51,966 nt of DNA from Luminiphilus sp. (lineage in GTDB: Bacteria; Pseudomonadota; Gammaproteobacteria; Pseudomonadales; Halieaceae): NCBI GenBank assembly GCA_964218505.1, contig CAXPOA010000203.1:1-51966 (forward strand), in the 5' to 3' direction. The notes below the pieces were generated by a model, which made no database searches, was not told the origin of the DNA, and was given only the letters and a program-made list of their open reading frames with translations. The translations under genes and the position numbers were made by a program. Positions 34,289-47,200 of this stretch are shown in pieces. The first letter of the stretch is position 1. Every line of letters begins with the position of its first letter.

Positions 34289-34396
34289 AGCACCCCTCCA
34301 ATATTTTGCGGGACCATCTCGTCGATCCCTGTCTAGCCGAGCAAAGAAGCTTGGCGCAAACCGGGATTGGACGCAAACATCCACAGATAGGCATGC

Positions 34397-34435
34397 AAAA
34401 AAAATCCCCGGAAGCACTGCTCGCGGGGATTTTTA
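34397..34435 (-). terminator. Rho-independent terminator of the alpha operon
   Basis: aaaaatccccg ... cggggattttt inverted repeat with A/T tails, just after rplQ. Confidence 0.8.
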
Positions 34436-34459
34436 TCGATTCAGATCAATGACGCGAAG

Positions 34460-34864
34460 TTACTCCTCGGTGTCATCAACCTCCACATCGTCGACGTTTT
34501 CTGGCTCAGGGCGGTCGACCAATTCAACATAGGCCATGGGCGCCTTGTCTCCAGTGCGGAATCCACACTTGAGAATACGGATATAGCCGCCGGGGCGCTC
34601 CGCGTAACGAGGACCAAGCTCATCGAATAACTTACCCACAGCTTCCTTACTGCGCGTGCGATCGAAAGCCAGTCTCCGATTAGCCACGCTGTCTTTCTTG
34701 GCCAGCGTAATCAGCGGCTCTGCGTAGCTTCGCAATTCTTTTGCCTTTGGCAGTGTTGTCTTGATCAGCTCGTGCTCAACCAGGGACACAGCCATGTTGC
34801 GGAACATGGCTTTCCGGTGGGAGCTATTGCGGTTTAGCTGACGACCGCTGTGACGATGACGCAT
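34460..34864 (-). CDS. rplQ: 50S ribosomal protein L17
   Basis: [20 protein letters not shown]. Confidence 0.99.
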   Translation of the reverse strand: MRHRHSGRQLNRNSSHRKAMFRNMAVSLVEHELIKTTLPKAKELRSYAEPLITLAKKDSVANRRLAFDRTRSKEAVGKLFDELGPRYAERPGGYIRILKCGFRTGDKAPMAYVELVDRPEPENVDDVEVDDTEE

Positions 34865-34939
34865 TGTCTTTCTTCCTTGCTATGGGCTAACCCCGTAGGG
34901 AGCCCCCTTTTAATTACCGTTACTCGAGTGTCAGTCTAC

Positions 34940-35944
34940 TTAAACGCTCAGTAACCGCTCATCATTCTTGAGACTAGCGGGTGGCCAGTTCTCTAATCGC
35001 ATACCCAATGACAATCCACGGGAAGCGAGTACATCCTTGATCTCGGTGAGTGACTTCTTGCCAAGGTTAGGAGTCTTGAGCAACTCAACCTCGGTTCGCT
35101 GGACGAGATCACCGATGTAGTAGATGTTTTCCGCCTTAAGACAGTTAGCCGAACGTACCGTTAGCTCGAGATCGTCTACAGGACGCAGCAGGATAGGATC
35201 AACTTCGTCATCCGCTTCTTGAGCCGTCGCCTGCGCCTCGCTCTCAAGGTCGACAAAGACAGAAAGCTGCTGCTGCAGAATGGTCGCTGCACGACGGATC
35301 GCCTCTTCGGGATCAATGGTGCCATTGGTCTCGAGATCGATTATCAGCTTATCAAGGTCAGTGCGTTGCTCTACCCGCGCCGAGTCAACCACGTAAGAGA
35401 CGCGGCGGATCGGAGAGAATGACGCGTCAAGCTGCAAACGACCAATAGCCCTGGTCTCTTCTTCGGGGTTCACGCGAGAATCGGCCGGCGAATAGCCACG
35501 GCCTCGCTCTGCAACCAAGCGGATGACCATTTCCTTATCAGCGGTCAGGGTGCAAATGACGTGTTCCGGATTGCACACCTCGACGTCATGATCGACCTGA
35601 ATATCTGCTGCAGTTACCGTGCAGGGACCTTTCGCGACCAGCGAAAGCTCGGCCTCATCCTTTCCAGCCATGGTGAGAGCCACGCCTTTCAGGTTCAGCA
35701 GAACTTCGATCATGTCTTCCTGCACGCCTTCGATAGCAGAATACTCGTGCAATACCCCATCGATCTCGACTTCGGTAATGGCGGCACCGGGCATAGAAGA
35801 GAGCAGAATACGACGCAGGGCATTGCCCAGCGTGTGGCCAAAACCACGCTCGAGAGGCTCGAGGGTAACCTGCGCTCGGGTGGTCGACTTCTCATCTACC
35901 TTGATTACGCGGGGCGTCAGTAACTCATTTACAAAACTGGACAT
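34940..35944 (-). CDS. rpoA: RNA polymerase subunit alpha
   Basis: [23 protein letters not shown]; [11 protein letters not shown]. Confidence 0.99.
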   Translation of the reverse strand: MSSFVNELLTPRVIKVDEKSTTRAQVTLEPLERGFGHTLGNALRRILLSSMPGAAITEVEIDGVLHEYSAIEGVQEDMIEVLLNLKGVALTMAGKDEAELSLVAKGPCTVTAADIQVDHDVEVCNPEHVICTLTADKEMVIRLVAERGRGYSPADSRVNPEEETRAIGRLQLDASFSPIRRVSYVVDSARVEQRTDLDKLIIDLETNGTIDPEEAIRRAATILQQQLSVFVDLESEAQATAQEADDEVDPILLRPVDDLELTVRSANCLKAENIYYIGDLVQRTEVELLKTPNLGKKSLTEIKDVLASRGLSLGMRLENWPPASLKNDERLLSV

Positions 35945-36001
35945 AATGCACCTATTTCCTAATCGGGTTGAAAGGGCTGATTCTTCAGGCTTTATACGGC
36001 C

Positions 36002-36622
36002 TTACTTGGAATACAGCTCCACAATCAGGTTCTCGTTGATTTCGCTGGGGAGATCCTGACGCTCAGGTTTTGACTTGAAGGTACCTTCAAGCTTGTCCGA
36101 ATTAACCTCGATCCAAACGGGCTCGCCACGCTGCTCCGCTATGGATAGAGATGCTTGTATACGCAATTGCTTCTTTGCCTTCTCACGAACGCTCACGGTA
36201 TCGCCGGGCTTCACCTGATAGGAGGGAATATTGACGACAGAGCCATTTACCAAAATACCTTTGTGAGATACCAGCTGACGGGCTTCGGCGCGTGTAGATC
36301 CAAATCCCATCCGATAAACGACGTTATCCAGGCGGCTTTCCAGCAACTGAAGCAGGTTTTCACCGGTGGCACCTTTCAGGCGCGCCGCTTCCTTATAATA
36401 GTTGCGGAACTGCTTCTCCAGCACCCCGTAAATGCGGCGTACCTTTTGCTTTTCACGAAGCTGAACGCCGTAGTCCGAGAGACGGCCTCGACGAGCACCG
36501 TGCTGTCCTGGTGCCGTTTCGGGCTTGCACTTTGCATCCAGTGAACGCACACCGCTCTTGAGCTGAAGGTCAGTGCCTTCGCGACGAGAGAGTTTGCACT
36601 TGGGTCCGATATAACGAGCCAT
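36002..36622 (-). CDS. rpsD: 30S ribosomal protein S4
   Basis: [16 protein letters not shown]...LIVELYSK. Confidence 0.99.
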   Translation of the reverse strand: MARYIGPKCKLSRREGTDLQLKSGVRSLDAKCKPETAPGQHGARRGRLSDYGVQLREKQKVRRIYGVLEKQFRNYYKEAARLKGATGENLLQLLESRLDNVVYRMGFGSTRAEARQLVSHKGILVNGSVVNIPSYQVKPGDTVSVREKAKKQLRIQASLSIAEQRGEPVWIEVNSDKLEGTFKSKPERQDLPSEINENLIVELYSK

Positions 36623-36646
36623 ATGAATAAATCCTCTGCGCGGGCG

Positions 36647-37036
36647 TTAGACGCGACGCTTCTTGGGGGGACGACAACCGTTGTGCGGGATTGGCGTCAC
36701 ATCAGTAATGTTGGTGATCTTGTAGCCGCAGCTGTTCAGAGCGCGCACTGCAGACTCGCGGCCTGGTCCGGGACCCTTCACTTCAACGTCCAGGTTCTTG
36801 AGGCCGTATTCCTTCGCCGCTTCCCCGGCGCGCTCCGCAGCAACCTGCGCAGCAAACGGTGTGGACTTGCGAGAACCACGAAATCCAGAGCCGCCAGCGG
36901 TGGCCCAGCTCAAGGTATTACCCTGGCGGTCGGTGATGGTCACGATCGTGTTATTAAATGAGGCGTGCACATGAGCCACCCCATCGACAACCTGCTTGGT
37001 TATCTTGCGTTTCGTTGTCTTGGCATTCTTGGCCAT
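36647..37036 (-). CDS. rpsK: 30S ribosomal protein S11
   Basis: [10 protein letters not shown]...[13 protein letters not shown]. Confidence 0.99.
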   Translation of the reverse strand: MAKNAKTTKRKITKQVVDGVAHVHASFNNTIVTITDRQGNTLSWATAGGSGFRGSRKSTPFAAQVAAERAGEAAKEYGLKNLDVEVKGPGPGRESAVRALNSCGYKITNITDVTPIPHNGCRPPKKRRV

Positions 37037-37106
37037 AATGTCCCTACTTCAATATCAGCGCTACAAATTACGATGTAGCTACACTAAACGGGTGATGTTG
37101 CAGCAA

Positions 37107-37463
37107 TTACTTGCGTATCGGTTTACGTGGTCCCTTACGGGTACGCGCATTGGTTTTCGTACGCTGGCCGCGCAAAGGCAGCCCTTTTCTGTGTCGTAAC
37201 CCACGGTTACAACCAAGGTCCATAAGACGCTTGATATTCATGGATACTTCCCGTCGCAGGTCACCTTCCACCATCATCTCGGACAAAAGGCTACGCAGCT
37301 GATCGAGCTCGCCTTCACTCAAGTCACCAACCTTGGTTTGGTGATTGATGCCAGTCGCATCGAGCAGGCGACGCGCCTGAGTGCGGCCAACGCCATAGAT
37401 ATAGGTCAGTGATACCACTGCATGCTTGTTGTCGGGGATGTTGACACCGGCGAGACGCGCCAT
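37107..37463 (-). CDS. rpsM: 30S ribosomal protein S13
   Basis: [10 protein letters not shown]...[15 protein letters not shown]. Confidence 0.99.
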   Translation of the reverse strand: MARLAGVNIPDNKHAVVSLTYIYGVGRTQARRLLDATGINHQTKVGDLSEGELDQLRSLLSEMMVEGDLRREVSMNIKRLMDLGCNRGLRHRKGLPLRGQRTKTNARTRKGPRKPIRK

Positions 37464-37549
37464 CGATTTATCTCCAAACGTTCACTGCGGTGCCAAATCT
37501 TGCATGGCTGGCACCACAAAAAGCGGCTCCCTTTTCACAGGGGGCGCGC

Positions 37550-37578
37550 AGGTTACTGATTTTCCGAAAAAAATTCAA
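37550..37578 (-). promoter_or_regulatory. sigma70 promoter of the alpha operon
   Basis: TTGAAT-N17-TAACCT followed by GC-rich gcgcgcccc. Confidence 0.65.
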
Positions 37579-37583
37579 CGGTA

Positions 37584-37700
37584 TTAACCCTGACGCTGCT
37601 TGTGACGGGGATCACTGGAACAAATCACCCGCACCACACCGTTACGGCGTACCACCTTACAGTTTCGGCATATTTTCTTTACAGAAGCTCGTACCTTCAT
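37584..37700 (-). CDS. rpmJ: 50S ribosomal protein L36 (below the ORF-track length cutoff)
   Basis: Manual translation [38 protein letters not shown]. Confidence 0.98.
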   Translation of the reverse strand: MKVRASVKKICRNCKVVRRNGVVRVICSSDPRHKQRQG

Positions 37701-37716
37701 CTCTCGCTCCTAGAAT

Positions 37717-39042
37717 CTAGCGCAACCGACCCGCAGGGCCGACGTTTGCCAGATTGGCTTTCTTCATCACACCTTCGTATTGATGCGACATCAAATGACT
37801 CTGAATTTGCGCCATGAAATCCATGACCACGACCACCACAATCAGCATGGAGGTGCCGCCCAGATAAAAGGGCACGTTGAACATAACGACCAGAAATTGA
37901 GGTAGCAGGCAGACCAGCGCGATATACGCCGAGCCAAAAACCGTCAAACGAGTCAGCACCCCATCAAGATAGTTCGCAGTCTGCTGGCCCGGGCGAATAC
38001 CGGGTACAAATGCACCAGAGCGCTTTAGATTATCTGCCACTTCCTGAGGGTTGAACATCAACGCCGTGTAGAAGAAACAGAAGAAAACAATAAACCCAGT
38101 AAACAACATGATATTGAGTGGTTGCCCTGGTCCAATGGCGACCGCCAGATCCTGCAGCCAATCAGCGCTGTCCCCACTGCCAAACCATTGGGCGACAGAA
38201 GCAGGGAACAGCAAGATTGAGCTGGCGAAGATCGCGGGTATTACCCCGGACATATTCACTTTGAGTGGCAGATGGGATGACTGAGCCTGGTACTGCTGTC
38301 TACCCTGCTGGCGCTTTGCATAGTTAACCGTCACGCGACGCTGGCCACGCTCAATGAAGACGACGAGGTAAACCACAACGATTGCCAGAGCAACAATTGC
38401 CAGCAAAATGAGAATGTTGAGTTCACCCTGACGCGCCTGCTCCAGGCTTTGACCAACAGCCGAGGGCAAACCAGCTGCAATACCGGCAAAGATAAGTAGC
38501 GAGATACCATTACCGATACCACGCTCAGTGATTTGCTCACCCAGCCACATCATAAACACCGCACCGGTAACCAGTGAGGTGATGGCGATCACGTAAAAAC
38601 TGATTGACGTATCAAAAGACAGGCCCTGATTTGCGAGACCTACGGTCATACCCGTGCCCTGCACCAGAGCCAACAAGACAGTCAGATAGCGCGTCATCTG
38701 GGAGATACGGCGGCGACCGGATTCGCCCTCTTTCTTTAGTTGCTCAAGCTGTGGCGTAACCGCAGTCATCAGCTGCATGATGATGGAGGCTGAAATATAA
38801 GGGAGAATTCCGAGAGCCAGAATACTCATCCGCTCCAGAGCGCCCCCAGAGAACACATTGGCAAGACCAAGAATAGTGCCCTGGTTTTGGTTAAACAGCG
38901 CTGCCAACTGTTCGGGATCAATACCGGGCACAGGAATATGCGTGCCGATGCGGTAAACCACCAATGCCATAAATACAAAGCGAAGACGGGCAAAAAGCTC
39001 GCCCATGCCCGCTGTATTCATTGATGGCATACCGTTAGCCAT
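37717..39042 (-). CDS. secY: Preprotein translocase subunit SecY
   Basis: [46 protein letters not shown]. Confidence 0.99.
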   Translation of the reverse strand: MANGMPSMNTAGMGELFARLRFVFMALVVYRIGTHIPVPGIDPEQLAALFNQNQGTILGLANVFSGGALERMSILALGILPYISASIIMQLMTAVTPQLEQLKKEGESGRRRISQMTRYLTVLLALVQGTGMTVGLANQGLSFDTSISFYVIAITSLVTGAVFMMWLGEQITERGIGNGISLLIFAGIAAGLPSAVGQSLEQARQGELNILILLAIVALAIVVVYLVVFIERGQRRVTVNYAKRQQGRQQYQAQSSHLPLKVNMSGVIPAIFASSILLFPASVAQWFGSGDSADWLQDLAVAIGPGQPLNIMLFTGFIVFFCFFYTALMFNPQEVADNLKRSGAFVPGIRPGQQTANYLDGVLTRLTVFGSAYIALVCLLPQFLVVMFNVPFYLGGTSMLIVVVVVMDFMAQIQSHLMSHQYEGVMKKANLANVGPAGRLR

Positions 39043-39044
39043 AA

Positions 39045-39491
39045 TTACGCCTCGACACTCCCACCGGCGGCTTCGATTGCTTCACGAGCGCCTTTGGTCA
39101 CAGCGAGCCCTTGTACTTTAACGGCTTTTTCAATGCTTCCCGAGAGAAACACCCGCGCACGGAGAACATCGTCTTTGATGAGATCGGCCTGCTTCAGCGC
39201 CGCCAGATCGACAACATCGCCTTCCACACGGTTGAGCTCGTGGAGGCGCACCTGCGCAGTTGTTCTTCCGATACGGGACGTGAAGCCATACTTCGGCAAT
39301 CGCTTTTGAAGTGGCATCTGACCACCCTCGAAGCCAGGTTTCACAGTGCCGCCAGAGCGAGACTTCAGACCCTTGTGACCACGACCAGCGGTCTTGCCAG
39401 TACCAGAGCCTATCCCACGACCCACTCGCTTCGCAGCGCGCTTCGAGCCGGGTGCCGGACTTAGTGAATTCAAACGCATTTCGTCAGCCAT
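39045..39491 (-). CDS. rplO: 50S ribosomal protein L15
   Basis: [18 protein letters not shown]; start at 39491 (RBS present) or 39479. Confidence 0.97.
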   Translation of the reverse strand: MADEMRLNSLSPAPGSKRAAKRVGRGIGSGTGKTAGRGHKGLKSRSGGTVKPGFEGGQMPLQKRLPKYGFTSRIGRTTAQVRLHELNRVEGDVVDLAALKQADLIKDDVLRARVFLSGSIEKAVKVQGLAVTKGAREAIEAAGGSVEA

Positions 39492-39678
39492 TTGTCTCAC
39501 CCTCTACGCGAACCAGATAGTTCACCTTGTTAATCATGCCGCGCACGGACGGGGTGTCTTCCACCTCCACCGTGTGGCCAATACGTCGCAATCCAAGACC
39601 TGCGACACAGGCCTGATGCTTTTTCAGGCGGCCGTGAATACTCTTCACCTGGGTCACCTTGATCATTTGCTTACTCAT
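39484..39678 (-). CDS. rpmD: 50S ribosomal protein L30
   Basis: [30 protein letters not shown]. Confidence 0.98.
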   Translation of the reverse strand: MSKQMIKVTQVKSIHGRLKKHQACVAGLGLRRIGHTVEVEDTPSVRGMINKVNYLVRVEGETNG

Positions 39679-39694
39679 CAGTTTTATCCCCGCC

Positions 39695-40222
39695 TCAGCT
39701 CAGGATTTCTTCGACAGTCTTGCCGCGTTTTGCAGCAATCGCGTCGGGAGACTGCATATCACGCAGACCCTTGTATGTAGCGCGAACCACGTTCACGGGA
39801 TTGGTCGAGCCGTAGCATTTCGCCAATACGTTGTGAACACCTGCCAGTTCCAATACCGCTCTCATCGCACCGCCGGCAATTACACCCGTACCTTCTGAGG
39901 CAGGTTGCATGTAAACCTTGGATGCGCCGTGAGCTGCCTTAACGGGATACTGCAGGGTGCCTTCAACCAGCTCGACCTTAACCATGTTTCGGCGAGCCGC
40001 TTCCATTGCCTTTTGAATCGCAACAGGGACTTCACGTGCCTTACCCCGACCGTAGCCGACACGGCCTTTGCCATCACCCACCACGGTCAACGCGGTAAAG
40101 CTCATGATTCGGCCACCTTTAACGGTCTTTGCTACCCGGTTTACCTGAACCAGCTTCTCTTGGAGGTCACCTTCGGTGCGCTGATCTCGATCGCCTTGCT
40201 TCTTCTGGTCGTTATACGCCAT
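39695..40222 (-). CDS. rpsE: 30S ribosomal protein S5
   Basis: [24 protein letters not shown]. Confidence 0.99.
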   Translation of the reverse strand: MAYNDQKKQGDRDQRTEGDLQEKLVQVNRVAKTVKGGRIMSFTALTVVGDGKGRVGYGRGKAREVPVAIQKAMEAARRNMVKVELVEGTLQYPVKAAHGASKVYMQPASEGTGVIAGGAMRAVLELAGVHNVLAKCYGSTNPVNVVRATYKGLRDMQSPDAIAAKRGKTVEEILS

Positions 40223-40224
40223 GC

Positions 40225-40575
40225 CTAAAACTCCAATCCGCCTTCACGCGCGGCATCCGCCAACGCCTTGACTCGGCCGTGATACTTGAATCCTGCTCGA
40301 TCGAAAGCGACCTCGGTCACCCCCGCCGCTTTGGCGCGTTCCGCAATCAAGGCGCCCACTTTGGCCGCAGCTTCGATATTGCCTGTCGCACCCGATCGAA
40401 GGTCTTTGTCCAGCGTAGACGCACTGGCCAACACGCTGTTTCCTTCGGGACCGATCACCTGCGCATAGATATGACGCGGGGTGCGGTGTACGGTAAGACG
40501 AGTCACTCGAGCCGTGCGCATACGCACTCGCGACTTTCTCGCTCTACGCTGACGTGATTCAACTTTGTCGCTCAT
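40225..40575 (-). CDS. rplR: 50S ribosomal protein L18
   Basis: RTPRHIYAQ...[19 protein letters not shown]. Confidence 0.99.
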   Translation of the reverse strand: MSDKVESRQRRARKSRVRMRTARVTRLTVHRTPRHIYAQVIGPEGNSVLASASTLDKDLRSGATGNIEAAAKVGALIAERAKAAGVTEVAFDRAGFKYHGRVKALADAAREGGLEF

Positions 40576-40587
40576 TGGCCTACCTAT

Positions 40588-41115
40588 TTATTTCTTCTTG
40601 GCTTCTTTACGACGGACATACTCATCGTCGTAGCGAATACCTTTGCCCTTGTAAGGCTCTGGCGGACGGAAGGCGCGGATCTCCGCGGCTGCCTGCCCGA
40701 CTGCCTGCTTGTCTGTGCCACTAATAACAATCTCGGTCTGTGATGGGGTTTCCGCAGACAGACCCTCCGGGAGCTCGTAATCCACGTTGTGTGACAAGCC
40801 AATTGTTAAATTGACGGTCTTGCCAGAGGCCTTGGCTCGGTAGCCAACACCGTTCAGGACCAACTTCTTCTGCCAGCCCTCACTAACGCCTACCACAAGA
40901 TTGTTTAGCAGTGCGCGCGTGGTGCCCGCCATCGCACGGTGAGCATCGAAGTCATAGACGACTTTCGCCTGCCCATCCTCAACTTCAACACCGATTCCTT
41001 CGACCAGGTCCATCTCAAGGGTTCCCTTGCCACCCTTCACAGAGACCTTGCCCGCGTTGATGTTGACTTCAACACCCTTCGGTAACGTAACCGGATTGTT
41101 TGCAACTCGTGACAT
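40588..41115 (-). CDS. rplF: 50S ribosomal protein L6
   Basis: MSRVA...[13 protein letters not shown]. Confidence 0.99.
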   Translation of the reverse strand: MSRVANNPVTLPKGVEVNINAGKVSVKGGKGTLEMDLVEGIGVEVEDGQAKVVYDFDAHRAMAGTTRALLNNLVVGVSEGWQKKLVLNGVGYRAKASGKTVNLTIGLSHNVDYELPEGLSAETPSQTEIVISGTDKQAVGQAAAEIRAFRPPEPYKGKGIRYDDEYVRRKEAKKK

Positions 41116-41144
41116 AACTCAATCTGCTCTTCAGATACGTCGAA

Positions 41145-41540
41145 TCAGAATACGGTGCACAGGACTTCGCCGCCCACACCCGCTGCTCTCGCCGCGCGAT
41201 CTGTCATTACCCCTTTTGAGGTGGAAACAATCGCGCAACCTAAACCACCGCGCACCGAGGGCAACTCACCCTTGGACGCGTAACGTCGTAACGAGGGACG
41301 ACTTACCCGATGGATCTCGGCGATCACGGGCTTACCCTCAAAATATCGCAGCTCGATGGATAATCTCGGCTTGCCACTGCTGGCATCAAGATTAAATGCT
41401 CCGATATAACCCTCTTCTTCCAATACCTTGGCAACCGCTGCTTTCAGCTTGGAGCCAGGCATTTCAACGAACTTTTTACCGGCCATTTGCGCGTTGCGCA
41501 GGCGGGTCAACATATCGCTGATAGGATCTTGCATGCTCAT
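41145..41540 (-). CDS. rpsH: 30S ribosomal protein S8
   Basis: [13 protein letters not shown]...GGEVLC. Confidence 0.99.
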   Translation of the reverse strand: MSMQDPISDMLTRLRNAQMAGKKFVEMPGSKLKAAVAKVLEEEGYIGAFNLDASSGKPRLSIELRYFEGKPVIAEIHRVSRPSLRRYASKGELPSVRGGLGCAIVSTSKGVMTDRAARAAGVGGEVLCTVF

Positions 41541-41554
41541 AGTTATCTACTCCG

Positions 41555-41860
41555 TTACCAGCTTGACTTAACCAAGCCGGGCACATCGCCACGCATGGCC
41601 GCCTCGCGCAACTTGTTGCGGCAGAGGCCGAATTTTCGGTAAACCCCGTGTGGACGTCCTGTCACCTGACAGCGGCGCTGCTGCCGGACGGGACTTGAGT
41701 TACGCGGCAACTTTTGAAGCGCAATCTGGGCATCCCAACGCTCTTCATCCGAGGAAGAGGCACTTCCTATGATTTCCTTTAGCTGAGCTCGCTTGGCAGC
41801 ATATTTAGCCACCGTGCGTGCACGCTTCTCTTCTCGGGCAATCATCGACTTCTTCGCCAT
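41555..41860 (-). CDS. rpsN: 30S ribosomal protein S14
   Basis: [10 protein letters not shown]...[15 protein letters not shown]. Confidence 0.99.
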   Translation of the reverse strand: MAKKSMIAREEKRARTVAKYAAKRAQLKEIIGSASSSDEERWDAQIALQKLPRNSSPVRQQRRCQVTGRPHGVYRKFGLCRNKLREAAMRGDVPGLVKSSW

Positions 41861-41873
41861 AGCTATCGATTCC

Positions 41874-42413
41874 TCAGCTCTTGAACGGGAAGTTAAAGGC
41901 TCGCAGCAAAGCGCGGCCGTGCTCGTCGTTTGTTGCGGTAGTGGTGATGGTGATATCCATGCCACGCAACGAATCGACTTCGTCGTAATTAATTTCAGGG
42001 AAAATGATCTGCTCGGTCACACCCATTGCAAAATTGCCCCGACCATCGAACTGCTTGGGGCTCAAACCGCGAAAGTCGCGAATACGTGGAATGGCAATGC
42101 TCACCAGACGCTCAAGGAACTCATACATCCGCTCATCGCGAAGAGTAACCTTGCAGCCAATTGGCCAGCCGTCCCGGATCTTGAAACCCGCAATCGACTT
42201 GCGAGATTTGGTGACCACCGGCTTCTGACCCGCAATCTTCTCCATATCAGAGAGGGCGTTCTCGAGCACCTTCTTGTCGCCTACCGCCTCACCAACACCC
42301 ATGTTTAGGGTAATTTTGGTGATGCGAGGAACCGCCATTGGATTGCTCAATCCCAGCTCTTCTTTGAGCTTGGGAGCAATCTCGCCTCTGTATTTGTCCT
42401 TAAGGGTTGCCAT
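41874..42413 (-). CDS. rplE: 50S ribosomal protein L5
   Basis: [25 protein letters not shown]. Confidence 0.99.
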   Translation of the reverse strand: MATLKDKYRGEIAPKLKEELGLSNPMAVPRITKITLNMGVGEAVGDKKVLENALSDMEKIAGQKPVVTKSRKSIAGFKIRDGWPIGCKVTLRDERMYEFLERLVSIAIPRIRDFRGLSPKQFDGRGNFAMGVTEQIIFPEINYDEVDSLRGMDITITTTATNDEHGRALLRAFNFPFKS

Positions 42414-42444
42414 TATTCGCTACCTCAATTGCGCCGAGCATCGC

Positions 42445-42762
42445 TCAAGCGTCAATCTGTTCTCCACTGGATTTGTAAACACGGACTTTCTTACCGCCGT
42501 CTACGATCTGATAACCAACACGATCCGCCTTGCTGGTGGCCGAGTTGAAGATCGCAATATTTGACACCTGAATCGGCGCCTCTTTCTCCACGATGCCACC
42601 GGCTACACCCATTTGTGGGTTTGGCTTGGTGTGCTTCTTGATCATATTGACGCCAGAAACAATGACCCGGTCGGCGTCTAGCACAGCTCGCACAGTGCCA
42701 CGCTTACCTTTGTCTTTGCCCGTCAAAACGATCACTTCGTCGTCGCGCTTAATCTTTGCCAT
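42445..42762 (-). CDS. rplX: 50S ribosomal protein L24
   Basis: [18 protein letters not shown]. Confidence 0.99.
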   Translation of the reverse strand: MAKIKRDDEVIVLTGKDKGKRGTVRAVLDADRVIVSGVNMIKKHTKPNPQMGVAGGIVEKEAPIQVSNIAIFNSATSKADRVGYQIVDGGKKVRVYKSSGEQIDA

Positions 42763-42787
42763 GACTTTGGTTCCTCCTGCTGACCGC

Positions 42788-43156
42788 TCAGATTACTTCT
42801 GGCGCCAGCGAGATAATCTTCATGAACTTCTCACCGCGCAGTTCGCGAGTGACAGGTCCAAAAATTCGTGTGCCGATAGGTGCCTGCTGAGCGTTCAACA
42901 ACACCGCAGCGTTCTCATCAAACTTAATCAAAGACCCATCGGGACGACGAACGCCTTTTTTCGTTCTTACAACCACCGCCGTCATAACCTGGCCTTTCTT
43001 AACCTTGCCGCGGGGAATTGCTTCCTTGACGGTGACCTTGATCAAATCGCCAACACGGGCATAACGGCGCTTGGATCCACCCAACACCTTGATGCACATG
43101 ACGCGACGGGCGCCACTGTTGTCTGCAACTTCCAAATATGACTGGGTCTGAATCAT
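42788..43156 (-). CDS. rplN: 50S ribosomal protein L14
   Basis: [16 protein letters not shown]. Confidence 0.99.
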   Translation of the reverse strand: MIQTQSYLEVADNSGARRVMCIKVLGGSKRRYARVGDLIKVTVKEAIPRGKVKKGQVMTAVVVRTKKGVRRPDGSLIKFDENAAVLLNAQQAPIGTRIFGPVTRELRGEKFMKIISLAPEVI

Positions 43157-43204
43157 TTTCTCACTCCAAACCGCGGCTCAATGCCGCAACCGACCAGGGC
43201 TTTC

Positions 43205-43471
43205 TTAAATTGCCGCGGCTGTCTCAATTACTTCTACTAACGTCCAAGACTTTGTCTTGCTCAACGGGCGCGACTCGGCAACCAAAACCGTATCGCCCAT
43301 GCCCGCCGTGTTACTCTCATCGTGCGCGTGCACCTTGGAAGACCTGGTGATGTACTTTCCGTAAACAGGGTGCTTAACTCGACGCTCAACCAATACAGTG
43401 ATTGTCTTATCCATCTTGTCACTAACAACGCGGCCCTGAAGGGTCCGTGTACGCTTCTCTGCAGCTGCCAT
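43205..43471 (-). CDS. rpsQ: 30S ribosomal protein S17
   Basis: [25 protein letters not shown]. Confidence 0.99.
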   Translation of the reverse strand: MAAAEKRTRTLQGRVVSDKMDKTITVLVERRVKHPVYGKYITRSSKVHAHDESNTAGMGDTVLVAESRPLSKTKSWTLVEVIETAAAI

Positions 43472-43662
43472 TAGCCTTCCACCTTCTCAGTCAATGCGGT
43501 CTTGACCCGCGCGATGTCGCGCTTGGTCTGCTTCAGCAGATGTGTCTGGCCCAACTGACCAGTTGATTTTGCCATCCGCAGCTTGAACTGCTCCTCACGC
43601 AACTTGAGTAGCTCGCTGTTGAGCTCCTCAGCTGACTTGTCACGAAGTTCGCTCGCTTTCAT
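43471..43662 (-). CDS. rpmC: 50S ribosomal protein L29
   Basis: MKASELR...KRDIARVKT. Confidence 0.98.
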   Translation of the reverse strand: MKASELRDKSAEELNSELLKLREEQFKLRMAKSTGQLGQTHLLKQTKRDIARVKTALTEKVEG

Positions 43663-44075
43663 CACATCACCGACCGTTTCACAAACGAGGTTTGTACAGG
43701 AAGCTTGGCAGCGGCAAGCTGAAATGCCTCGCGCGCCAATTCCTCGGATACACCCTGTACTTCATAGAGCACACGACCCGGCTGGATCTGTGCCACCCAA
43801 TACTCGACGTTACCCTTACCTTTACCCTGACGAACCTCGAGAGGCTTACCGGTAATTGGCTTATCAGGAAAAATACGAATCCAGATCTTGCCGCCACGCT
43901 TGATGTGACGGGTCATCGCTCGACGTGCTGCCTCAATCTGGCGAGCGGTAATACGGCCCCGTCCAGTGGCTTTGAGAGCATATTCGCCAAAGCTGACCTT
44001 GCTTCCGCGCTCTGCAAGACCGCGGTTGCGGCCCTTTTGCATCTTGCGGAATTTTGTACGTTTCGGTTGCAGCAT
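43662..44075 (-). CDS. rplP: 50S ribosomal protein L16
   Basis: [15 protein letters not shown]. Confidence 0.99.
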   Translation of the reverse strand: MLQPKRTKFRKMQKGRNRGLAERGSKVSFGEYALKATGRGRITARQIEAARRAMTRHIKRGGKIWIRIFPDKPITGKPLEVRQGKGKGNVEYWVAQIQPGRVLYEVQGVSEELAREAFQLAAAKLPVQTSFVKRSVM

Positions 44076-44094
44076 GTTTCAGTCCCCTACCGGC

Positions 44095-44766
44095 TTAGCT
44101 GGCCGCTGCGCGACGGGGTTCCTGACCCTCATCGTCGCCACCAATAACTTCACCTTTGAATATCCACACCTTGACGCCGATAACGCCGTAGGTGGTGTGG
44201 GCTTCATAAGTCGCGTAATCGATATCTGCGCGCAGTGTGTGCAGGGGCACTCGACCTTCGCGATACCACTCTGAGCGTGCGATTTCCGCGCCACCCAAAC
44301 GGCCGCCTACCTGCACCTTGATACCCTCAGCTCCCTGCCGCATGGCGTTTTGCACCACTCGCTTCATGGCGCGGCGGAACATCACCCGACGCTCAAGCTG
44401 CTGGGCCACATTCTGAGCAACCAGGCGCGCATCCAAATCAGGCTTGCGAATCTCTTCGATATTGATGTGAACCGGCACACCCATCTTGGCGCTCAGCTCC
44501 TGGCGGAGTTTTTCAACGTCTTCGCCTTTCTTCCCGATAACAATGCCGGGTCGCGCCGTATGAATGATGACGCGCGCTGTCTGGGCAGGTCGCTCGATCA
44601 CAACACGACTGACAGAGGCTGCGTCGAGCTTCTTGAGCACGTAGTCCCGCACCTCAAGATCGCTGATGAGATTTTTCGCGTAGTTTTTGCTATCCGCATA
44701 CCACACCGAATTGTGGTCTTTGACCACACCCAGGCGAATACCGGTTGGATGTACCTTCTGACCCAT
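44095..44766 (-). CDS. rpsC: 30S ribosomal protein S3
   Basis: [13 protein letters not shown]; [13 protein letters not shown]. Confidence 0.99.
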   Translation of the reverse strand: MGQKVHPTGIRLGVVKDHNSVWYADSKNYAKNLISDLEVRDYVLKKLDAASVSRVVIERPAQTARVIIHTARPGIVIGKKGEDVEKLRQELSAKMGVPVHINIEEIRKPDLDARLVAQNVAQQLERRVMFRRAMKRVVQNAMRQGAEGIKVQVGGRLGGAEIARSEWYREGRVPLHTLRADIDYATYEAHTTYGVIGVKVWIFKGEVIGGDDEGQEPRRAAAS

Positions 44767-44778
44767 GCGTCAGTCCCC

Positions 44779-45117
44779 TTAGCCTTCGCTGTCCGAAACT
44801 TTCACAGTGATGTGACAAGTTCGCTTGAATATTCGATCACCACGGCCCTTGGCGCGCGCACGCATGCGCTTCATGGTTAATCCCTCATCGACAAACACTG
44901 TCGATATGCGCAGTTCGTCTACATCTGCGCCCTCATTGTTCTCGGCGTTCGCGATCGCTGAATTGAGTACCTTCCGCACCAGATGAGCGGCCTTCTTGGT
45001 ACTGAACTCAAGCAGGTTGAGCGCTTCGCCCACAGGCTTGCCCCGTACCTGGTCGGCGACCAGTCGAGCCTTTTGCGCTGAGATGCGCGCGCCGCGGAGT
45101 TTTGCTGATACTTCCAT
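44779..45117 (-). CDS. rplV: 50S ribosomal protein L22
   Basis: [14 protein letters not shown]; RAKGR. Confidence 0.98.
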   Translation of the reverse strand: MEVSAKLRGARISAQKARLVADQVRGKPVGEALNLLEFSTKKAAHLVRKVLNSAIANAENNEGADVDELRISTVFVDEGLTMKRMRARAKGRGDRIFKRTCHITVKVSDSEG

Positions 45118-45137
45118 CGTCTCTCTCTCCACCGGCC

Positions 45138-45413
45138 TTATCGCTTGGCCTTCTTGTCTACGATGTGGCCCTTGAACGTACGGGTCACAGCAAACTCACC
45201 CAACTTGTGGCCTACCATGTCCTCATTGATCAGAACGGGAACATGCTGCCGACCGTTGTGGACAGCAATAGTGAGGCCCACCATGGTGGGGGAAATCATG
45301 GATCGACGAGACCAGGTCTTGATCGGCCGTCGATCGTTGCTTTCAACCGCTGCCTCAACCTTCTTAAGCAGATGAAGGTCGATGAAGGGGCCTTTTTTCA
45401 GTGAACGTGGCAT
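45138..45413 (-). CDS. rpsS: 30S ribosomal protein S19
   Basis: [21 protein letters not shown]. Confidence 0.99.
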   Translation of the reverse strand: MPRSLKKGPFIDLHLLKKVEAAVESNDRRPIKTWSRRSMISPTMVGLTIAVHNGRQHVPVLINEDMVGHKLGEFAVTRTFKGHIVDKKAKR

Positions 45414-45435
45414 AACGTGTTCTTTCCCTCAGCGA

Positions 45436-46263
45436 TTATTTCTTGTTGCGACGACGCACAATAAAGCCGTCGGTTCGCTTGTTCTTTCGGGTCTTGTAGC
45501 CCTTGGTCGGCACACCCCATGGAGATACAGGATGACGACCTCCAGATGTACGACCCTCACCACCACCATGGGGGTGATCTACCGGGTTCATCGCTACACC
45601 GCGAACGGTAGGACGCACACCGCGCCAGCGCGCTGCTCCAGCCTTGCCTAATTTCTGCAGGCTGTGCTCTGAATTGGACACCTCGCCAAGAGTGGCGCGG
45701 CAGTCAACTGGAACCTTGCGCATTTCACCGGAGCGGAGACGGATAGTGGCGTACTGACCTTCACGGGCAACCAGCTGTACCGAGGCACCTGCGGAGCGCG
45801 CCAACTGAGCGCCCTTGCCGGGCTTCAACTCGATGGCGTGGATTACCGCACCAACGGGGATATTTCGAATAGGGAGACAGTTACCTGCCTTGATTGGTGC
45901 CGCAGATCCTGAGTACAGCACATCGCCCGCGGAAACACCTTTTGGCGCCAGGATGTAGCGACGCTCACCGTCTGCGTAAAGCACAAGAGCAATGTGTGCC
46001 GTGCGATTCGGATCATATTCAATGCGCTCTACCTTTGCCGGGATACCGTCTTTGGTGCGCTTGAAGTCGATAACTCTGTAGTGCTGCTTGTGACCACCAC
46101 CGATATGACGGGTAGTAATGCGGCCAAGGTTGTTCCGGCCTCCCGTCTTGGACTTCTTCTCGAGAAGCGGTGCGTGCGGACGACCCTTGTACAGCTCGGT
46201 GTTGATCACCTTAACCTGGTGGCGACGACCTGCTGATGTCGGTTTACTCTTTACAACTGGCAT
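45436..46263 (-). CDS. rplB: 50S ribosomal protein L2
   Basis: EYDPNR; [17 protein letters not shown]. Confidence 0.99.
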   Translation of the reverse strand: MPVVKSKPTSAGRRHQVKVINTELYKGRPHAPLLEKKSKTGGRNNLGRITTRHIGGGHKQHYRVIDFKRTKDGIPAKVERIEYDPNRTAHIALVLYADGERRYILAPKGVSAGDVLYSGSAAPIKAGNCLPIRNIPVGAVIHAIELKPGKGAQLARSAGASVQLVAREGQYATIRLRSGEMRKVPVDCRATLGEVSNSEHSLQKLGKAGAARWRGVRPTVRGVAMNPVDHPHGGGEGRTSGGRHPVSPWGVPTKGYKTRKNKRTDGFIVRRRNKK

Positions 46264-46276
46264 AGCGACCGTCCCC

Positions 46277-46573
46277 TTAACTCACGGAAGCAAAATCAAT
46301 TTCTTGACCCTGCTCCAACCTGACGTAAGCTTTTTTCCAACTTGGCTTAGTCGCCCAGCCAAATCGGTTTTGCTTTCTTTTACCCTTCACGCGGAGCGTG
46401 CGAACGTCATCGACCTTGACGTTGAACAGCTTCTCTACGGAAGTACGAATCTCAGTCTTGGTAGCATCAATTGCCACCTTAAAGACGTACTGGTTGCCGT
46501 TCTCCACTGCGACCGCAGCTTTCTCCGACATATGCGGCCCCAGCAGAACCTGAAAAACGCGCTCCTGGTTCAT
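46277..46573 (-). CDS. rplW: 50S ribosomal protein L23
   Basis: [17 protein letters not shown]. Confidence 0.99.
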   Translation of the reverse strand: MNQERVFQVLLGPHMSEKAAVAVENGNQYVFKVAIDATKTEIRTSVEKLFNVKVDDVRTLRVKGKRKQNRFGWATKPSWKKAYVRLEQGQEIDFASVS

Positions 46574-47187
46574 GCCAATGCCTCCTCAAACTTTTTAACC
46601 GCATCGACGGTGACCAACACCTTGTCAAACGCGATCAGACTCACAGGGTCGACTGCGTCAACATCACACACGTCGACTTTGTGCAGATTGCGAGAGGCCA
46701 AGTAGAGGTTCTCATCGATCTCGCTTGAGATAATCAGAACATTCTCAACGCCCAACCCCTTCAGCTGTTCAACGAGAAGCTTGGTCTTGGGCTGCTCCAC
46801 ATCGAGGCCTTCAACAACTACGAGGCGATCGGTACGAGCCAGCTCAGACAAAATCGACCGCATTGCCGCCCGGTACATCTTCCGGTTTACCTTCTGGCTA
46901 TGATCCTGAGGCTTAGCGGCAAACGTCGTGCCACCCGAGCGCCAAATCGGAGAACGGATCGTTCCCGCACGAGCACGGCCGGTGCCCTTCTGACGCCAAG
47001 GCTTGCGCCCGCCACCCGCGACTTCTGAACGGGTCTTCTGAGCTCTAGTTCCCTGACGCGCTCCCGCCAAGAAGGCGGTAACTACCTGATGAACCAAGGC
47101 TTCGTTGTACTCTCGGGCAAACGTAGCTTCAGACACTGAGACAGTGCCTGCTGCTGCGTTGCCGGGCTTAACTACACTTAATTCCAC
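46570..47187 (-). CDS. rplD: 50S ribosomal protein L4
   Basis: [14 protein letters not shown]. Confidence 0.99.
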   Translation of the reverse strand: MELSVVKPGNAAAGTVSVSEATFAREYNEALVHQVVTAFLAGARQGTRAQKTRSEVAGGGRKPWRQKGTGRARAGTIRSPIWRSGGTTFAAKPQDHSQKVNRKMYRAAMRSILSELARTDRLVVVEGLDVEQPKTKLLVEQLKGLGVENVLIISSEIDENLYLASRNLHKVDVCDVDAVDPVSLIAFDKVLVTVDAVKKFEEALA

Positions 47188-47200
47188 AGCCTAGCCCCCA